Shown: positions 23,467-37,439, counted from the first letter of the whole stretch. The stretch is 63,539 nt of DNA, filler included, from Octopus bimaculoides (GCF_001194135.2; 5 parts of 3 records of this genome joined end to end with filler, not necessarily neighbours in it); one strand, 5' to 3'. Notes: a model not told the origin generated them from the letters alone. Numbers and translations: made by a program.

Positions 23467-24447
23467 ATATATATATATATACATATATATATACTCAAAT
23501 ACACACGTGCGCATACACATGCACACACATACATGCACACACATACTCACAAGTACAAACACACACAGGTGTATGCATGCACAATGCACAATGTAAACAG
23601 AACAGAAGAAATGTAAAAATTGAAAGCTAAAATATAAAAAAAAGGTAAAATCAAATATTCAGTAATAATAATGATGATGATGATGATGATGATGATGATG
23701 GCAATCACCTTTATACTAATACTATTAATAATTAAGAGCAGCAAAACAACAATCAGCTTTTACAAACAGTCTTATAATAAATTTACTCTCTTATATTTTT
23801 GTTCATTTATAAATTTATTTGCTGCTTTTAATGCAAAGCGAATGCAAAATAAAAAAAAGTTTTATATCTATTTTTAAGTTCAAAGAAGCAATTACATCAT
23901 AGCTTAATTACAGCGCTCAGTTAAAATGGCTAATTAAATCCAAATATTATCCAAAATATAGAGTCTTTATGATTCCGTCCAAGAAAATGACCCAAAATAT
24001 TTTGATATCTTGTTTCGGCAAAGAGGAAACATCATTTCCTTTTTACAATGATCGCATTTAATTTAAATCTTTTAGAGAATTTAAAACATTTTTCTCTGGC
24101 TATTTATACTCCAAAGTTAACGAAATTTTGATGTGTTTGTGAGTGGAAGGAAGAAGTTGTTTTTGACGGAGTTGTTTTTGACATACCCTTTCAAATATTG
24201 TTTGATAAAATGTTTGATGAGGCTTTTTTTTATTATATTGTTTGGTTGTTGTTAGGTTGCTTTTGTTTTGTTGTCCTTTATTATTATTGTTTTGTGTCTT
24301 TTTTTTGCTGTTATGTTTGTTAACTTACATAAGGTTTGTTTTTTTCTTCTGAGCCTTTTGATAATGAAAACTTTGCATGCACGATAGTATGTGTTGGTGT
24401 GTAAGAAAGGGAGAGATATAAAGGAAGAGAGAAAGTAAAGAGAGAGA

Positions 24448-24498
<51 letters not shown>

Positions 24499-25596
24499 NN
24501 NNNNNNNNNNNNNNNNNNNNNNNNNNNNNNNNNNNNNNNNNNNNNNNNNNNNNNNNNNNNNNNNNNNNNNNNNNNNNNNNNNNNNNNNNNNNNNNNNNNN
24601 NNNNNNNNNNNNNNNNNNNNNNNNNNNNNNNNNNNNNNNNNNNNNNNNNNNNNNNNNNNNNNNNNNNNNNNNNNNNNNNNNNNNNNNNNNNNNNNNNNNN
24701 NNNNNNNNNNNNNNNNNNNNNNNNNNNNNNNNNNNNNNNNNNNNNNNNNNNNNNNNNNNNNNNNNNNNNNNNNNNNNNNNNNNNNNNNNNNNNNNNNNNN
24801 ATATATATATATATATATATACACATATATATGTATGACATGAAGCAATGTATATATGTGTATGTATGTGTGTGTATTTGTGTATTTGTGTGTATTTGTG
24901 TGTATTTGTACACACACACATACCTACATATATGCCTATTTATATATATAAATATATATATATATATGAATGTATGTACATGAGTATATATACATACAAA
25001 CATACATACATACATACATCCACATATATATACAATATGTATGTATAGACATATGCAATGTATGCATAAGTTTTACGTATTTGTATATGATGAGTGTGTG
25101 CCTCTATTGTTCTTTTGTTAATGGTGTTGTTTCTGGAATTGATAACTGAATCGGTGATGGTGTTGTTGTCGTTTGAATCTTTTGCAATGAATACATCTCT
25201 CTTAAACCTCCACCGCCTACTGCACACACTAACACCACCACCACCATCACCACCACCAACACTGCTGCCACCACCACTACCAACAACGACACTACAGCAC
25301 ATACTGGCCATTCTGGTATAGCCCACCAAAATAAACTATAATTACAAGGAGAATACACAGACATGTTGTCATCAACTTATTGTTTTGAGAGCTGTAAGAA
25401 CCTGCTAGCCAACTTGCCAACAAGTTTGAAGTTTGATTATTGTTATAAACTTGTGCATGTGGCAAACAATCACTGTGTTAGTCTGTTGTTTTAACATCCT
25501 CTTGTATAAACCATGTTATAATTAATGTTGCTGCTACTGCTACTGCTGATGCTGCTGTTGTTGTTTTTGTAACTATTATTGTTATTATCATTATTA

Positions 25597-25812
25597 AGGT
25601 GGTGAGCTGGTAGAATCATTAGTGTGCTGGGCAAGATGTTAAGTGGAATTTCATTCATCCTAACATTTTGAGTTCAAATTCTGCCAAGGTTGACTTCACC
25701 TTGCATCCTCCTGAGGTCGTTAAATTAAGTACCAGTGAAACACTGGGGTTGATGTAAATGACTACTCCTCTCACTGCAAATTTCAGACCTTGTGCCTTTA
25801 GTAGAAAGGATT
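25597..25812 (+). mobile_element. SINE family A copy with (TAT)n tail
   Basis: Similarity to the other copies. Confidence 0.8.
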
Positions 25813-25865
25813 ATTATTATTGCTATTATTATTATTATTATTATTATTATCATTTTATTATTATT

Positions 25866-27030
25866 ATGTTGTTTTTTTTTTCTTCTTTCTTCTTTTCCAT
25901 ACACCTAGGGCAGAGAAACTCGTTGTATGCATTCCCAGTTTACACATGCAAATTCGTGGGTAAAACATGTATTTAAGAAAACAAAAAAAAAAAAATTCAT
26001 GAATGGATGTTGTTTTCACAGCGATAATGCTCTTCTCAGTACATGAGTCGTTCCAGTTAGCACGATTTTTTGCAATTCCTGTAGGGATGGTAAGCCTGGT
26101 ATCATTTTCAAATAGGTTTCAGTACCTTTTTTTATCATTCCTAGAGATCCTACAATCACTGGTATGATAGTCGCCTTGAGGTGCCACATTTTTTCAATTT
26201 CTATTAGCAAGTCTTTATATTTACTGATCTTGTCAAATTCNNNNNNNNNNNNNNNNNNNNNNNNNNNNNNNNNNNNNNNNNNNNNNNNNNNNNNNNNNNN
26301 NNNNNNNNNNNNNNNNNNNNNNNNNNNNNNNNNNNNNNNNNNNNNNNNNNNNNNNNNNNNNNNNNNNNNNNNNNNNNNNNNNNNNNNNNNNNNNNNNNNN
26401 NNNNNNNNNNNNNNNNNNNNNNNNNNNNNNNNNNNNNNNNNNNNNNNNNNNNNNNNNNNNNNNNNNNNNNNNNNNNNNNNNNNNNNNNNNNNNNNNNNNN
26501 NNNNNNNNNNNNNNNNNNNNNNNNNNNNNNNNNNNNNNNNNNNNNNNNNNNNNNNNNNNNNNNNNNNNNNNNNNNNNNNNNNNNNNNNNNNNNNNNNNNN
26601 NNNNNNNNNNNNNNNNNNNNNNNNNNNNNNNNNNNNNNNNNNNNNNNNNNNNNNNNNNNNNNNNNNNNNNNNNNNNNNNNNNNNNNNNNNNNNNNNNNNN
26701 TTTCAGAATAGAGTGACGTTTTTTCGGTCTTTCATGTTTTTCAACAAGTTTCAGCATCCAATCGTTGGTTGTTTCAAGGTATTTGGCCAGTCCGATTGTG
26801 GTGGTTTTGTACGTAAGTTCAAGCTGGATCAAGCCTCGACCTCCCTGAGCTCTTGGAAGGTAAAGACGATCCACATCTGCCTTTGGATGGTGCATCTTAT
26901 TACACGTCAATAGCTTGCGGATTTTTCTATCAATTTTGACTATTTCACTGGTATTCCAGTTAAGCACATTGAAGCTATAAAGAACAACTGGGACTGCTAA
27001 GGAATTTATGGCTAACACCTTATTATATGC
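25866..27030 (-). mobile_element. 5'-truncated R4/Dong-like non-LTR retrotransposon between (TAA)n arrays (interrupted by an N gap)
   Basis: KVLAINSLAVPVVLYSF...HHPKADVDRLYLPRAQGGRGL (post-RT region) and EIEKMWHLKATIIPVIVGSLG...LQKIVLTGTTHVLRRAL* (REL C-terminus). TAA repeats lie at about 25812-25865 and 27031-27095. Confidence 0.85.
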
Positions 27031-27041
27031 ATTATTATTAG

Positions 27042-27093
<52 letters not shown>

Positions 27094-27500
27094 GTTGTCG
27101 ATGAGCAATACCTTTGAAATAGTACAGTATCTTTATAATACTACAATACACCGTCACCTTTATTACGCAAGACATTTTCTCCAAATCAAGTTAGTTTTGG
27201 GTTCGTATGGCATCAATTACTTGGTCAAACATTTGGTGGTTTAATGCCGTGCTCTGCAACCCTTTTCCACTCACACTATGCTTACATTCTTTTCAAAATT
27301 CAGAGACACACCTGAACTAAGAATATAACTAAAAATATAGGGAAAAAAGTTATATTCACGTTACATAGCGACACAACTAGCATCGTCTTGAGGCACACCA
27401 GTGTGCCATGGCATACTGGTTACAGAGCACTGATCTAATGCCTTGTCAGATAAATTGGTTTTTTCCCATCTATTTTTATCATTTCCAGTGTTATTCTCTC

Positions 27501-27716
27501 TTTACTCTTTTACTGTTTTACTTGTTTCAGTCATTTGACTGTGGCCATGCTGGAGCACTGCCTTTAGTTGAACAAATCGACCCCAGGATATATTCTTTGA
27601 AAGCCTAGTACTTATTCTATTGGTCTATTTTGCCGAAACGCTAAGTTACGGGGACGTAAACACACCACCATCGGTTGTCAAGCGATGCTAGGGGGACAAA
27701 CACAGCACACAAACAC

Positions 27717-27779
<63 letters not shown>

Positions 27780-27943
27780 TAAATACAACGGGCATCTTTC
27801 AGTTTCTATCTACCAAATCCACTCACAATGCTTTTGTTGGCCTGAGGCTATAGTAGGAGACACTTGCCCAAGGTGTCACGCAGTGGGAATGCACCCGGAG
27901 CCATGTGGTTAGTAAGCAAGCTACTTACCACATAGCCACTTCC
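27501..27943 (-). mobile_element. SINE family B with internal (CA)n
   Basis: Near copy of 20441-20900. Confidence 0.88.
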
Positions 27944-28509
27944 TTTGTAGCTCTATTATACGTCTACAAGTTTTTGTTTACCGTTTTTAAAGTTTGAATA
28001 GTTTTTGCTTTTCTTCAGACATATGCCAATGGAATACTAAGACAAAAGAAAACAACAAATTTTCCTGACAACTCAATATTTGACAATGATTTAACTCATA
28101 TCACTGAGATGTATCTAACTCCATATGTTTTGATTCATCCTTATTGATTAGATTTTGTATCATCCTTATTGAGTAAATTTTCATTTAATCTTGACATTCA
28201 ATAATGGAAGTGTTTAAGGAAAGGAAGTATTTGATAATGAAATTATTTACATTTTGGTTTATGCATTCCATATCATTCCACAGTTAAAGTTAACAGAATA
28301 TGTTTGCCACTTGTGCCAAACAATTCAACAATAGTTATAAAAATCTAAGTAAAAATACTGATACTATTTTTACATAAACCATTAAAATAATATTTAAAAA
28401 GAAGACTTTGAAATATTTGCATGTAATTCTCATTATTTAAAAGGTTCTTTTATCACAATATTCATAGTAAAGCTACAAGCTTTTGCTTACTTGTTCTCTA
28501 TTTATCAAT

Positions 28510-28891
28510 GGTTGGCACTCTGTCAGTTATGACGATGAGGTTCCAGTTGATCCGATCAACGGAACAGCCTGCTCGTGAAATTAACGTGCAAGTGGCTGAG
28601 AACTCCACAGACACGTGTACCCTTAATGTAGTTCTTGAGGAGATTCAGCGTGACACAGAGTGTGACAAGGCTGACCCTTTGAATTACAGGTACGGCAGAA
28701 ACAGGAAGAAAGAATGAGAGAAAGTTGTGGTGAAAAGAGTACAGCAGGGTTTGCCACCATCCCCTGCTAGAGCCTTGTGGAACTTTAGGTGTTATGGCTC
28801 AATAAACACTCACAACACGCAGTCTGGGAATCGAAACCGCGATCCTATGACCACAAGCCTGCTGCCCTAACCACTGGGCCATTGCACCTCC
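28510..28891 (-). mobile_element. tRNA-derived SINE family C
   Basis: Minus-strand head GGAGGTGCAATGGCCCAGTGGTTAGGGCAGC...GGTTTCGATTCCC (pol III A/B boxes); same family as 45712-46088 and 50365-50721. Confidence 0.9.
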
Positions 28892-29877
28892 AAATTTATG
28901 AATAAAGGCAGAGCAATAAACACTTCCTTTTCCTACTTATGTTTATTGTTTAATGTTTAATGGTTCTTTATTGTGTTTCTATCCAAGATGGTGATAAATA
29001 CCAACGTCCCAAGGTAGAGTCTTAAATAGTTGCTGAAAGATATCTTACCCGACATGAAACCAATGGTAGTCTAGTTACCCAACAAATAAAACACACATAC
29101 ACACACACACACATATATATATGCATACGTGCATACATACGCATGTGTGTGTGCATGTGTGTATCTAATTTGTAGAATTCTAAACAAATAACCGATATGG
29201 TAACCACAAGTATTTATCAGCATGACGTGTATCTTGGCACCTACCACCATTTCTATAACTGCAAATTAATTTGGTTATCTGTCTTGTCATCATAGATACG
29301 AGTAATAGTAATGGAAACGAGGAATGAAGCAGGCTAATCAAAGCTGCTGACAAATTTGGTAGCCTGAGAGGAACAGATAATTAAGATCAATCCTTCTATG
29401 CAACACCCTCAAAGTTCTATGCAGACACACTTATATATATATGTATATACATACACTCACAGAAAACACACACACATGCACATTCATAGACACTCATAAA
29501 TTCATATAGATATATGTGTATGTATATAGCTATACACACACACACATGTATATACCCACACACATATATAAGTAACTATGTGTGTGTGTGTATGTGCATG
29601 TTTGTATATACACACACATATTTTTAGATATATACATTTACATATGCACAAATATATTCATATGCATAAATACACATATGTATTTATGTATGTATACATA
29701 TGTATACATACATATATATACGTGTGTGTGTTTAGATATGTATACATATGTATACATACATAAATACATATGTATATTTATGCATATAAATATGTTTGTG
29801 CATATGTAAATGTATACATCTAAAAATATGTGTGTATATATATAAATAAATATATATATATATATATGTATATATGC

Positions 29878-29931
<54 letters not shown>

Positions 29932-30122
29932 NNNNNNNNNNNNNNNNNNNNNNNNNNNNNNNNNNNNNNNNNNNNNNNNNNNNNNNNNNNNNNNNNNNNN
30001 NNNNNNNNNNNNNNNNNNNNNNNNNNNNNNNNNNNNNNNNNNNNNNNNNNNNNNNNNNNNNNNNNNNNNNNNNNNNNNNNNNNNNNNNNNNNNNNNNNNN
30101 NNNNNNNNNNNNNNNNNNNNNN

Positions 30123-30155
<33 letters not shown>

Positions 30156-30999
30156 GTATACAGCTTTTTATTATTGTAGTTGTGTGTGTGTTTCTAGGCA
30201 TCCAATATGAAATTAGTGATGCAGAAAATTGAGGTAGAACCAAAGCAAAATAGCTGTTAGCGTACCATCGACACCTACTATGAAACGCCTACAAGTTTTC
30301 ATAGATGCGAGTTACCTTATGAATTGATTTCATTAAAAGAATAAAATATATTACATGATAAGAGTGAGAGAGTTGAATAGAGAATGTGACAGAGAGAAAA
30401 TTAAATGGAGAGAGAAAGAGAGGTGGAGAGGTAGAAATGATAAGATGAAGTTAAGAGAAGAAAAAACATGACACTGGTGTTATGTATGAAGAAGAATTCA
30501 CAACTTCATATAACTGAAGTAGTATTGCGCTTGAAGATTATGAGCAAAGCCTGAGGCCCTTCCTGATCATCTTTAATATGTATATATGTGTATGTATGTA
30601 TGTATGTATGTATCTGTCTGTCTATCTATCTGTCTATCTATCTATCTATCTATCTATCTATCAATCTATCTATCTATCTATCTATAATGTTGAGGCTAAA
30701 TTTGACGATTTTTATGTCACCTTTTTTTTTTAGGAATAGCATGATGTATTTAGTGAATAGTCAATGATTTTGGAGTGTATAAACATTTAAGCTGAAGTCG
30801 AGAAAAAGTTAGCTGACATGCAGGACCAGAAGCCATATCAATACTGGAAAAAAATTTTGTTGTATTATGACAATTCATGCCAACTATCTAAATGCTCTGT
30901 GAACACTGTAAAGGATGTGAGATGTGACATGGACAGCAGCAATGGACTCTGTGAAGCTGTGCCCAGCAGGATGAGTCACAATAGGCATTCTGGTTGTCA

Positions 31000-31350
31000 A
31001 CATGTCAGAATTCTTTCACCCCACATCTCTGAACAAGGCCTTAGACTCATTTTAGATGACTAAGTGAAACTGCTGAGGACTGTGGTCAATACTTGGCTTG
31101 GGAGGGTTGTGGCTTGAAGTTCATATGTGTGGCAGTAAGATTCAGCTCCTCCTTGTTATATCTACAGAAAGTGATTGTTGAAGAATTTCTATGACTTCAC
31201 CAGCCCCAATTTCTGGCCTTTCAATTGTTGTATTCCCATAGATTACTATATGTGAGAAAGATGTCAACTGCTCTGCCTAGAACACCAAGGCCAAGCCGGT
31301 GGCCAAAATCAAGGTGTTTGAAGATCTTCCCAGTGAGGAATGCATGCACC
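31000..31350 (+). mobile_element. maT/DD37D-type mariner transposase 3' fragment, decayed
   Basis: GLRL..DD.VKLLRTVV..W...YVWQ.DSAP...FWP...DYY remnants; similar to 43860-44200. Confidence 0.65.
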
Positions 31351-31571
31351 AGATTTGGGAGCCATGGTGAAAGGTAAGGATGGCTACTTTGAGTAAGTTG
31401 TCATTTCCCAGCCATAATCTAGCTAATGTGTTTTGATTATTTTGAAATACTTTTATTTTTGATTGGATTGTTTTTTTTCTTCTTTTCCTTATGTGCAATC
31501 TGTCAAACTTAGCCCAGATACCTTGTTTATGTTGATATGTATTTGTATGTATTTAATTTATATCTGTCAGA

Positions 31572-31602
<31 letters not shown>

Positions 31603-31619
31603 CCTCTCTCTCTCTCTCT

Positions 31620-32346
31620 AGCAGTTGCAACAGCTCAGAGAAGCAACTTCTATAAAGCAGCTTTCAAATATGATCCAGTAGTTCATTATGCAGATGACAC
31701 TAGAGTTTCCATTGGTGCAGTGACAACTAAGTGCATACACTGTAAAGCAAAGAAGTAGTCTGGAGAGACACTTGCACTGTGCTGCAGTGGTGGAATGGTT
31801 TAACTCTCTGCCATCCCTCAACCTCCAAAACCATTGAAGAAACTGTTGTCATCGACTAACCAAAATTCCAAGCACTTTCAAAACAAAATTGGACAGTACA
31901 ATATTGCACTACAGATGACGTCATTTGGAGCCACAAGAGATTTATAACTGAACCAGGATTCTTTCAAGGTCCAAGGTCATATTTATCATCGGATTGGCTC
32001 TCTACTACCTCTATCAAATGAATCACCAAAATTCCTTCAAATATATTTTATGGGTGATTCTCAACAAGAAGGGTAAGAGAGGTGAAAGACCATTTCCAGC
32101 ATCAGAATGAACATTGTAGTGTCTCTGCAAAAGATGCTGCATAACAACAACAACCTGATCAGAAGTTTCAAGACTCCACTTGAAACAATTCCACCGGACT
32201 CCATGGATTACAAGGTAGTTAGCAGATCAGACTAGAAACCATCTGCTCAACATGGAGGGAGGTTTAATGCACCAACAGCAAATGAAATAGCTATGCTTCT
32301 GGTTGGGCAAGAATATTACAAGCGTGACATTGTCCTTCATCTCAGA
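31620..32346 (+). mobile_element. Helitron Rep/helicase N-terminal fragment, pseudogenised
   Basis: AAFKYDP...KCIHCKAKK...LCCSGG...QYNIALQMTSFGA...FKVQGHIYHRIGSLLP...PKFLQIYF...RFNAPTANEIA are typical Helitron N-terminal motifs. Ends where a SINE begins at 32347. Confidence 0.88.
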
Positions 32347-32683
32347 GGTTTCGATTCCCAGACCAGGCGTTGTGAGTATTTATTGAGCGAAAACACCTAA
32401 AGCTCCACTAGGCTCCAGCAGGGTGGCGTGGCAAACCCTGCTGTGCTCTTTCACCACAACTTTCTCTCACTCTTTCTTCCTGTTTCTGTTATACCTGTAT
32501 TTCAAAGGGCCAGCCTTGTCACACTCTGTCACACTCTGTCACACTGAATCTCACTGAGAACTATGTTAAGGGTGCATGTGTCTGTGTGGAGTGCTCAGCC
32601 ACTTGCACGTTAATTGCACAAGCAGGCTGTTCCATTGATCTGATCAACTGGAACTCACATCGTTGTAGCCGACAGAGTGCCAC
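32347..32683 (+). mobile_element. SINE family C, 5'-truncated
   Basis: Starts at the B box GGTTTCGATTCCC; colinear with 50365-50721. Confidence 0.88.
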
Positions 32684-33469
32684 GATTACATAAACTGGAA
32701 GATATAGATATATATACTTATTAACACACACACACACACACAAACGCACATGTTGATCAAAATATCACAGAATATCATCATAATATATGGAAATTAGTAG
32801 CAAAGTCACGTGGGTTTTTTTTTGCCCAAGTTTCTGAAGTGTATATATTCCTTTCCTAAAATATAACAGGTAACTCTTATTTCGCCCATTGTATTTTGAT
32901 ATTTCATTATTGAAATTAATAGTTATTAATATTTCATTGTCATTCTGTTCAGCTATTCAGGAATCTGCATTGTGAATGTAGTAAATATAGTACAAATTAA
33001 TGTAACTAATATAGGGAATATATTTTTCAATTTAATTTTTGTTTCACAAGAATTTTCATCTGATGTCATGTGTTGAGACTAATATTGTTATATTTTAGAA
33101 GAATCGTTTATGATTTATAGAGACTATAAACATACTTGCCGGTTGTTTCTTGTTTATATTGTCCTTTTATTTTCAAAGCAAAAATCAGTCGTAAACTGAA
33201 AAACAAAGTTTTCAAAAATAAAACATGTATACCCATGAAGAAACCTACAGATTGGTATAATAAAAACTATTTTAGGAGACATATACAAGCATCGATTGTT
33301 TTGGAAAGGGAAGCAAAGTGAAATATAGACAAGCAACAACTGATGAGTGTGATTATGGGTTTTACCAGTTACAACTCTTCCCAAATAGAATAATGTATTT
33401 TTTATTTTACATTTATTCTGTTTTATTTTTAACCATTCTGAATCCCTTGTTCTAAAACTTGAAGATTAA

Positions 33470-33810
33470 ATGTTTCCTGGGTTAAAAGCATCATAGCCAT
33501 GTGTTGAGAGGAATTCTTTGGGGTTTGGATAATTCACCTTTGGAAATATAAGTGTTTCATTCAACATCCTCAAACAACCCTTATTCGGGGACCTTTTGAG
33601 TGGGATAGGCCTCACCTGCAACTTCATGCACAGTTTATCTTAATAGGAGATCATTATGTTGCACATGTATGGTTGTGATGCATATGCCTGAGTAGTCATG
33701 ATGGGTACACTGGGCTTCATATATTTCATTCAAGTGTCACTTTGATGGTATTCACTGCTCTCTCACTCAATAACAACAACAACAATAATAATAATAATAA
33801 TAATAATAAC
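33470..33810 (+). mobile_element. TAA-tailed element, 3' part (same family as 10198-10740)
   Basis: Reverse-complement similarity to 10198-10520; ends CTCTCTCACTC plus (AAC/AAT)n. Confidence 0.75.
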
Positions 33811-34269
33811 ACTGGACAACAAAAAATTTTTTCTCTGGTGCCTGGAATATTTCAACGAATTCTTAAATGATTTTGCCTGCTAAATTAAACAATAACCAGA
33901 TTTCTCTATTAGGTCTTGTTTTCTGGTTAGACCTGATAGAGTAAGTATTTTATTCATACAAGAGTTATATAATATGAATCAATAAAGAGAGCATAGCACA
34001 AAACAAAACACAAATACAAATTCAAAATTGAAAATGCATATTGGCAAAGATTTTTGGCAGAAAATTCAAGGAATAAATTTACGCTTCTTTGTGCATCATG
34101 AATGTTGAGTGACAGGACTATCTCGTTTTAAACACCAGCAATAGTCTGCCATCATCACGGCATGCCAATGTCCTTGGTCCTGAGTTTCCATCTCCTTGAT
34201 ATCCTGATGGAATCGTTCACCGTGTTCATCGCTAACATCTCTGAGATTTTCAGGAAAACAATAAACATA

Positions 34270-34330
34270 AACTGGGCTTCATATATTTCACCCCAGGGTC
34301 ACTTTGATGGCATGCACTACTCTCTCATTC

Positions 34331-34392
<62 letters not shown>

Positions 34393-34446
34393 TAACAATA
34401 ACAATAACAATAATAATAACAAAAATAATAATAATANNNNNNNNNN

Positions 34447-34479
<33 letters not shown>

Positions 34480-34510
34480 TAACAATAACAATAACAATAA
34501 TAATAACAAA

Positions 34511-34560
<50 letters not shown>

Positions 34561-34578
34561 TAATAATGATAATAATAA
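34270..34578 (+). repeat. Short 3' end of the TAA-tailed element plus long (TAA/CAA)n microsatellite
   Basis: Direct. Confidence 0.85.
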
Positions 34579-35122
34579 GGGAAAAGGGAAAAGACAAGAT
34601 CCACATTTGAAGATGGTTAAGTAAAATGCTCTGAAAAGATGCCCTGAGGCATTGACATGCAGTGTTCAAGAACAAGCTCTGACAGCTAATTACACCAAGT
34701 TCCAAATAGAAGAGAGTAGTGAGTCATCCTTTGTAGGATGTGTGGCAGCAGAAATGAAACAATCTCACATATTGTGAGTGAGTATAGCAATCCAGCCCAA
34801 AAGCACTACAAAAGGAGGCACAATAACATGGCTAAGTTCATCCACTGGAGGTTATGTGGAAAGTACAGAGCACAGAAATGATATGAACATGAACAAGGAG
34901 TCACCGAGAACAAGGGATATAAGATACTGCTGGCTTTTACAAACAAATGTGATGCCCTAATCAAGGCTCAGAAACCACATATTGTTGTGGTAGATAAAGA
35001 AGATAGGAAACCAAGATTGTAGATATTGCAATACCTGGAAATGCATGCATAAGTGACAAAGAACTAGAAAAGATTGAAAAATACTGACTGCTAAAAGACA
35101 AAATTGCAAAAATGTGGACTAT
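34579..35122 (+). mobile_element. R4/Dong-like retrotransposon fragment (CCHC finger plus REL endonuclease)
   Basis: QEQALTANY...CRMCG..NETISHIVSE...HYKRRHNNMAKFIHW and KPHIVVVD...IVDIAIPG...ELEKIEKY motifs with stops and frameshifts; begins right after (TAA)n. Confidence 0.85.
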
Positions 35123-35124
35123 TT

Positions 35125-36685
35125 GAACTGGTACTTATTTTTATTGACCATGAAAGGGTGAATGGCAAAGTCAACCTTGCTGGAATTTGAACTCAGAATG
35201 TAAGAATGGGCAAACTACCATAAAGCATTTCCTCCACAGTGCTAACAACTGTGCTAGCTCACTGTATTGATAATAATAATAATGATAATAACGATAACGG
35301 TTTCAAATCGTGGAACAAGGCTAGCAATTTAAAGATTGGAAGGGTTCACGGGTTACTCAATTACATTAACTGTTGGACTGTACTGGTACTTTATTCTACT
35401 GACCCTGAATGGATGAAAGGCAACGTTACTTAAGAAGAATTTGAGTTAAACACTTAAAGGAGCTGAAACAAATTCTACTAAGCATTTTGTCTGATATGCT
35501 AACAATTCTGTCAGATTACTGCCTTCAAGAACAACAACAATAACAATATAAACAACAGCCACTATAATAATGATTTCAAATTTTGGCACAAGGCCAGCCA
35601 TTTAGTGGAGGCGTGTGTGTGTGGCGGGGAGGCAAGTTGATTCTTTGACCCCATTGCATCACCCCAAAAGGGTAAAAGGCAAAGGTGCCTATGGTGGAAT
35701 CGAACTTAGAACATAGAGACAAATGAAATGCTGCTAAGCATTTTGTCTGATATTGGAAGCACATTGCTTAGTGGTGAGGGTGCTGGATTAATGATCATAA
35801 GATTGTGGTTTCTATTCTTGGGCCAGGCAATGCATTTTGTTCATGAGCAAAATACTTCATTTTACATTGCTGTAGTTCACTCAGCTGGCAAAATGAGTAA
35901 CCTGGTGAAGGACCAGCATCCTGTCCAGTGGGGAATATATCCACCCCAGAAACTGGGAAATGGGTTGTATGAGTTGGGAAGGATCTTTGTTCTTTTCATT
36001 TTGTCTGATATGCTAACGAATTTGTCAGCTCACCACCACCATTAGTAATAATCCCTTCCACTATAGGCACAAGGCCTGACATTTGGGGGAAGGGACTAGT
36101 CGATTAAATTGACCTCGGTGTTTCACTGGTAGCTAATTTATCAATCTCAAAAGGACAAAAGGCAAAGTTGAACTCAGCGGAATTTGAACTCAGAATGTAA
36201 AAACCGACAAAATGCCTGCCGGTAAGCATTTTGTCCAGTGTGCTAATGATTCTGCCAGCTCACCAATAGTAATAATGATTTCAAATTTTGCCCCAAAGCT
36301 AGGAATTTCTGGAGGAGGGTGTAAGTTGATTGCATAGACCCCAATACACAACTGATACTCATCTTATCCCATGAAAGGATGAAAGGTGGAATTTGAACTC
36401 AGAATGTAAAGATGGGTGAAATGCTGCTAAGCATTTCACCTGGCATGCTAACAATTCTGCCAGCACACCACCTTAATAACAATAATAATAATCCTTTCTA
36501 TTATAGGCACAAGATTTGAAATTTGGAGGAGGGGATTGTTGATTACTTCAACCTCAGTACACAACTGGTACTTATTTTATTGACCCTGAAGGGATGAAGA
36601 GTAAAGTCGACATCGGTGGAATTTGAACTCAGAATGCAAAGACAGGTGAATATGCAGTAACAATTCCACCAGCTCAACACCTTAT
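35125..36685 (-). mobile_element. Head-to-tail cluster of about six SINE family A copies, one interrupted by a family D SINE (about 35780-35960)
   Basis: GGAATTTGAACTCAGAATG-type motif recurs about every 220-300 bp with TAA-rich linkers. Confidence 0.8.
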
Positions 36686-37188
36686 CAACAAAAATAATAA
36701 TGATAATTTCTTAATTTTATTTATATGATTAGATAAGCGCAATATGCTATCAAATAAATATTACATAGAAATTGCTTGGGAATTGTTTGGGAATAGATAG
36801 TAAAATATAGTCAAAGTACAATAGTATCTATTGTTTGGAAATTGTAAAATATGGTTAAATAATTATAGTATTTATTGCATCTTTCATGCTGCAAATATCA
36901 AAGATTCTTTAGGCAATTAGCTGGAACGAAGATATTTCTTTTCTTGAGGTGATTACAACCATGTGGTCATCATTTAAAATGAAAAGATAGAAGGCTAAAT
37001 AGCCATATATGTGAACAGTATGAGCAAACTGGGTGGTATCAGATTTGCGATGATAGTAGAGGAGAATATGATTGTGGCAAACAGCCAGCATAGTTTCAAG
37101 TGAGGTGTGAAATGATTGGATGTTTACCAGAAGCAAAGCCATGTTAGGTATATAGCTGTGAACAGCTATAAGACTGAAAGAGAGGAAG

Positions 37189-37248
<60 letters not shown>

Positions 37249-37386
37249 GAAGAGAGCTAGAGAGAGCTACAAAACCTAATCTGTTGAATAAGATGTGAAA
37301 AAGATTATTAAGTCTTTTTAACCTTGGGAGTAAAAGAACAAAACTAAAACAAAAATTAATATTACAAATGCATAATGATAATAATG

Positions 37387-37439
<53 letters not shown>

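Noticed and set aside
25094-25364. Pro/Thr/Gly-rich ORFs
   Set aside because: Built on (ACC)n-type low complexity; no splice support.
35125-36685. Regularly spaced repeats as a CRISPR-like array
   Set aside because: Units are about 200-bp diverged SINE bodies also dispersed elsewhere; eukaryotic context, no cas genes.
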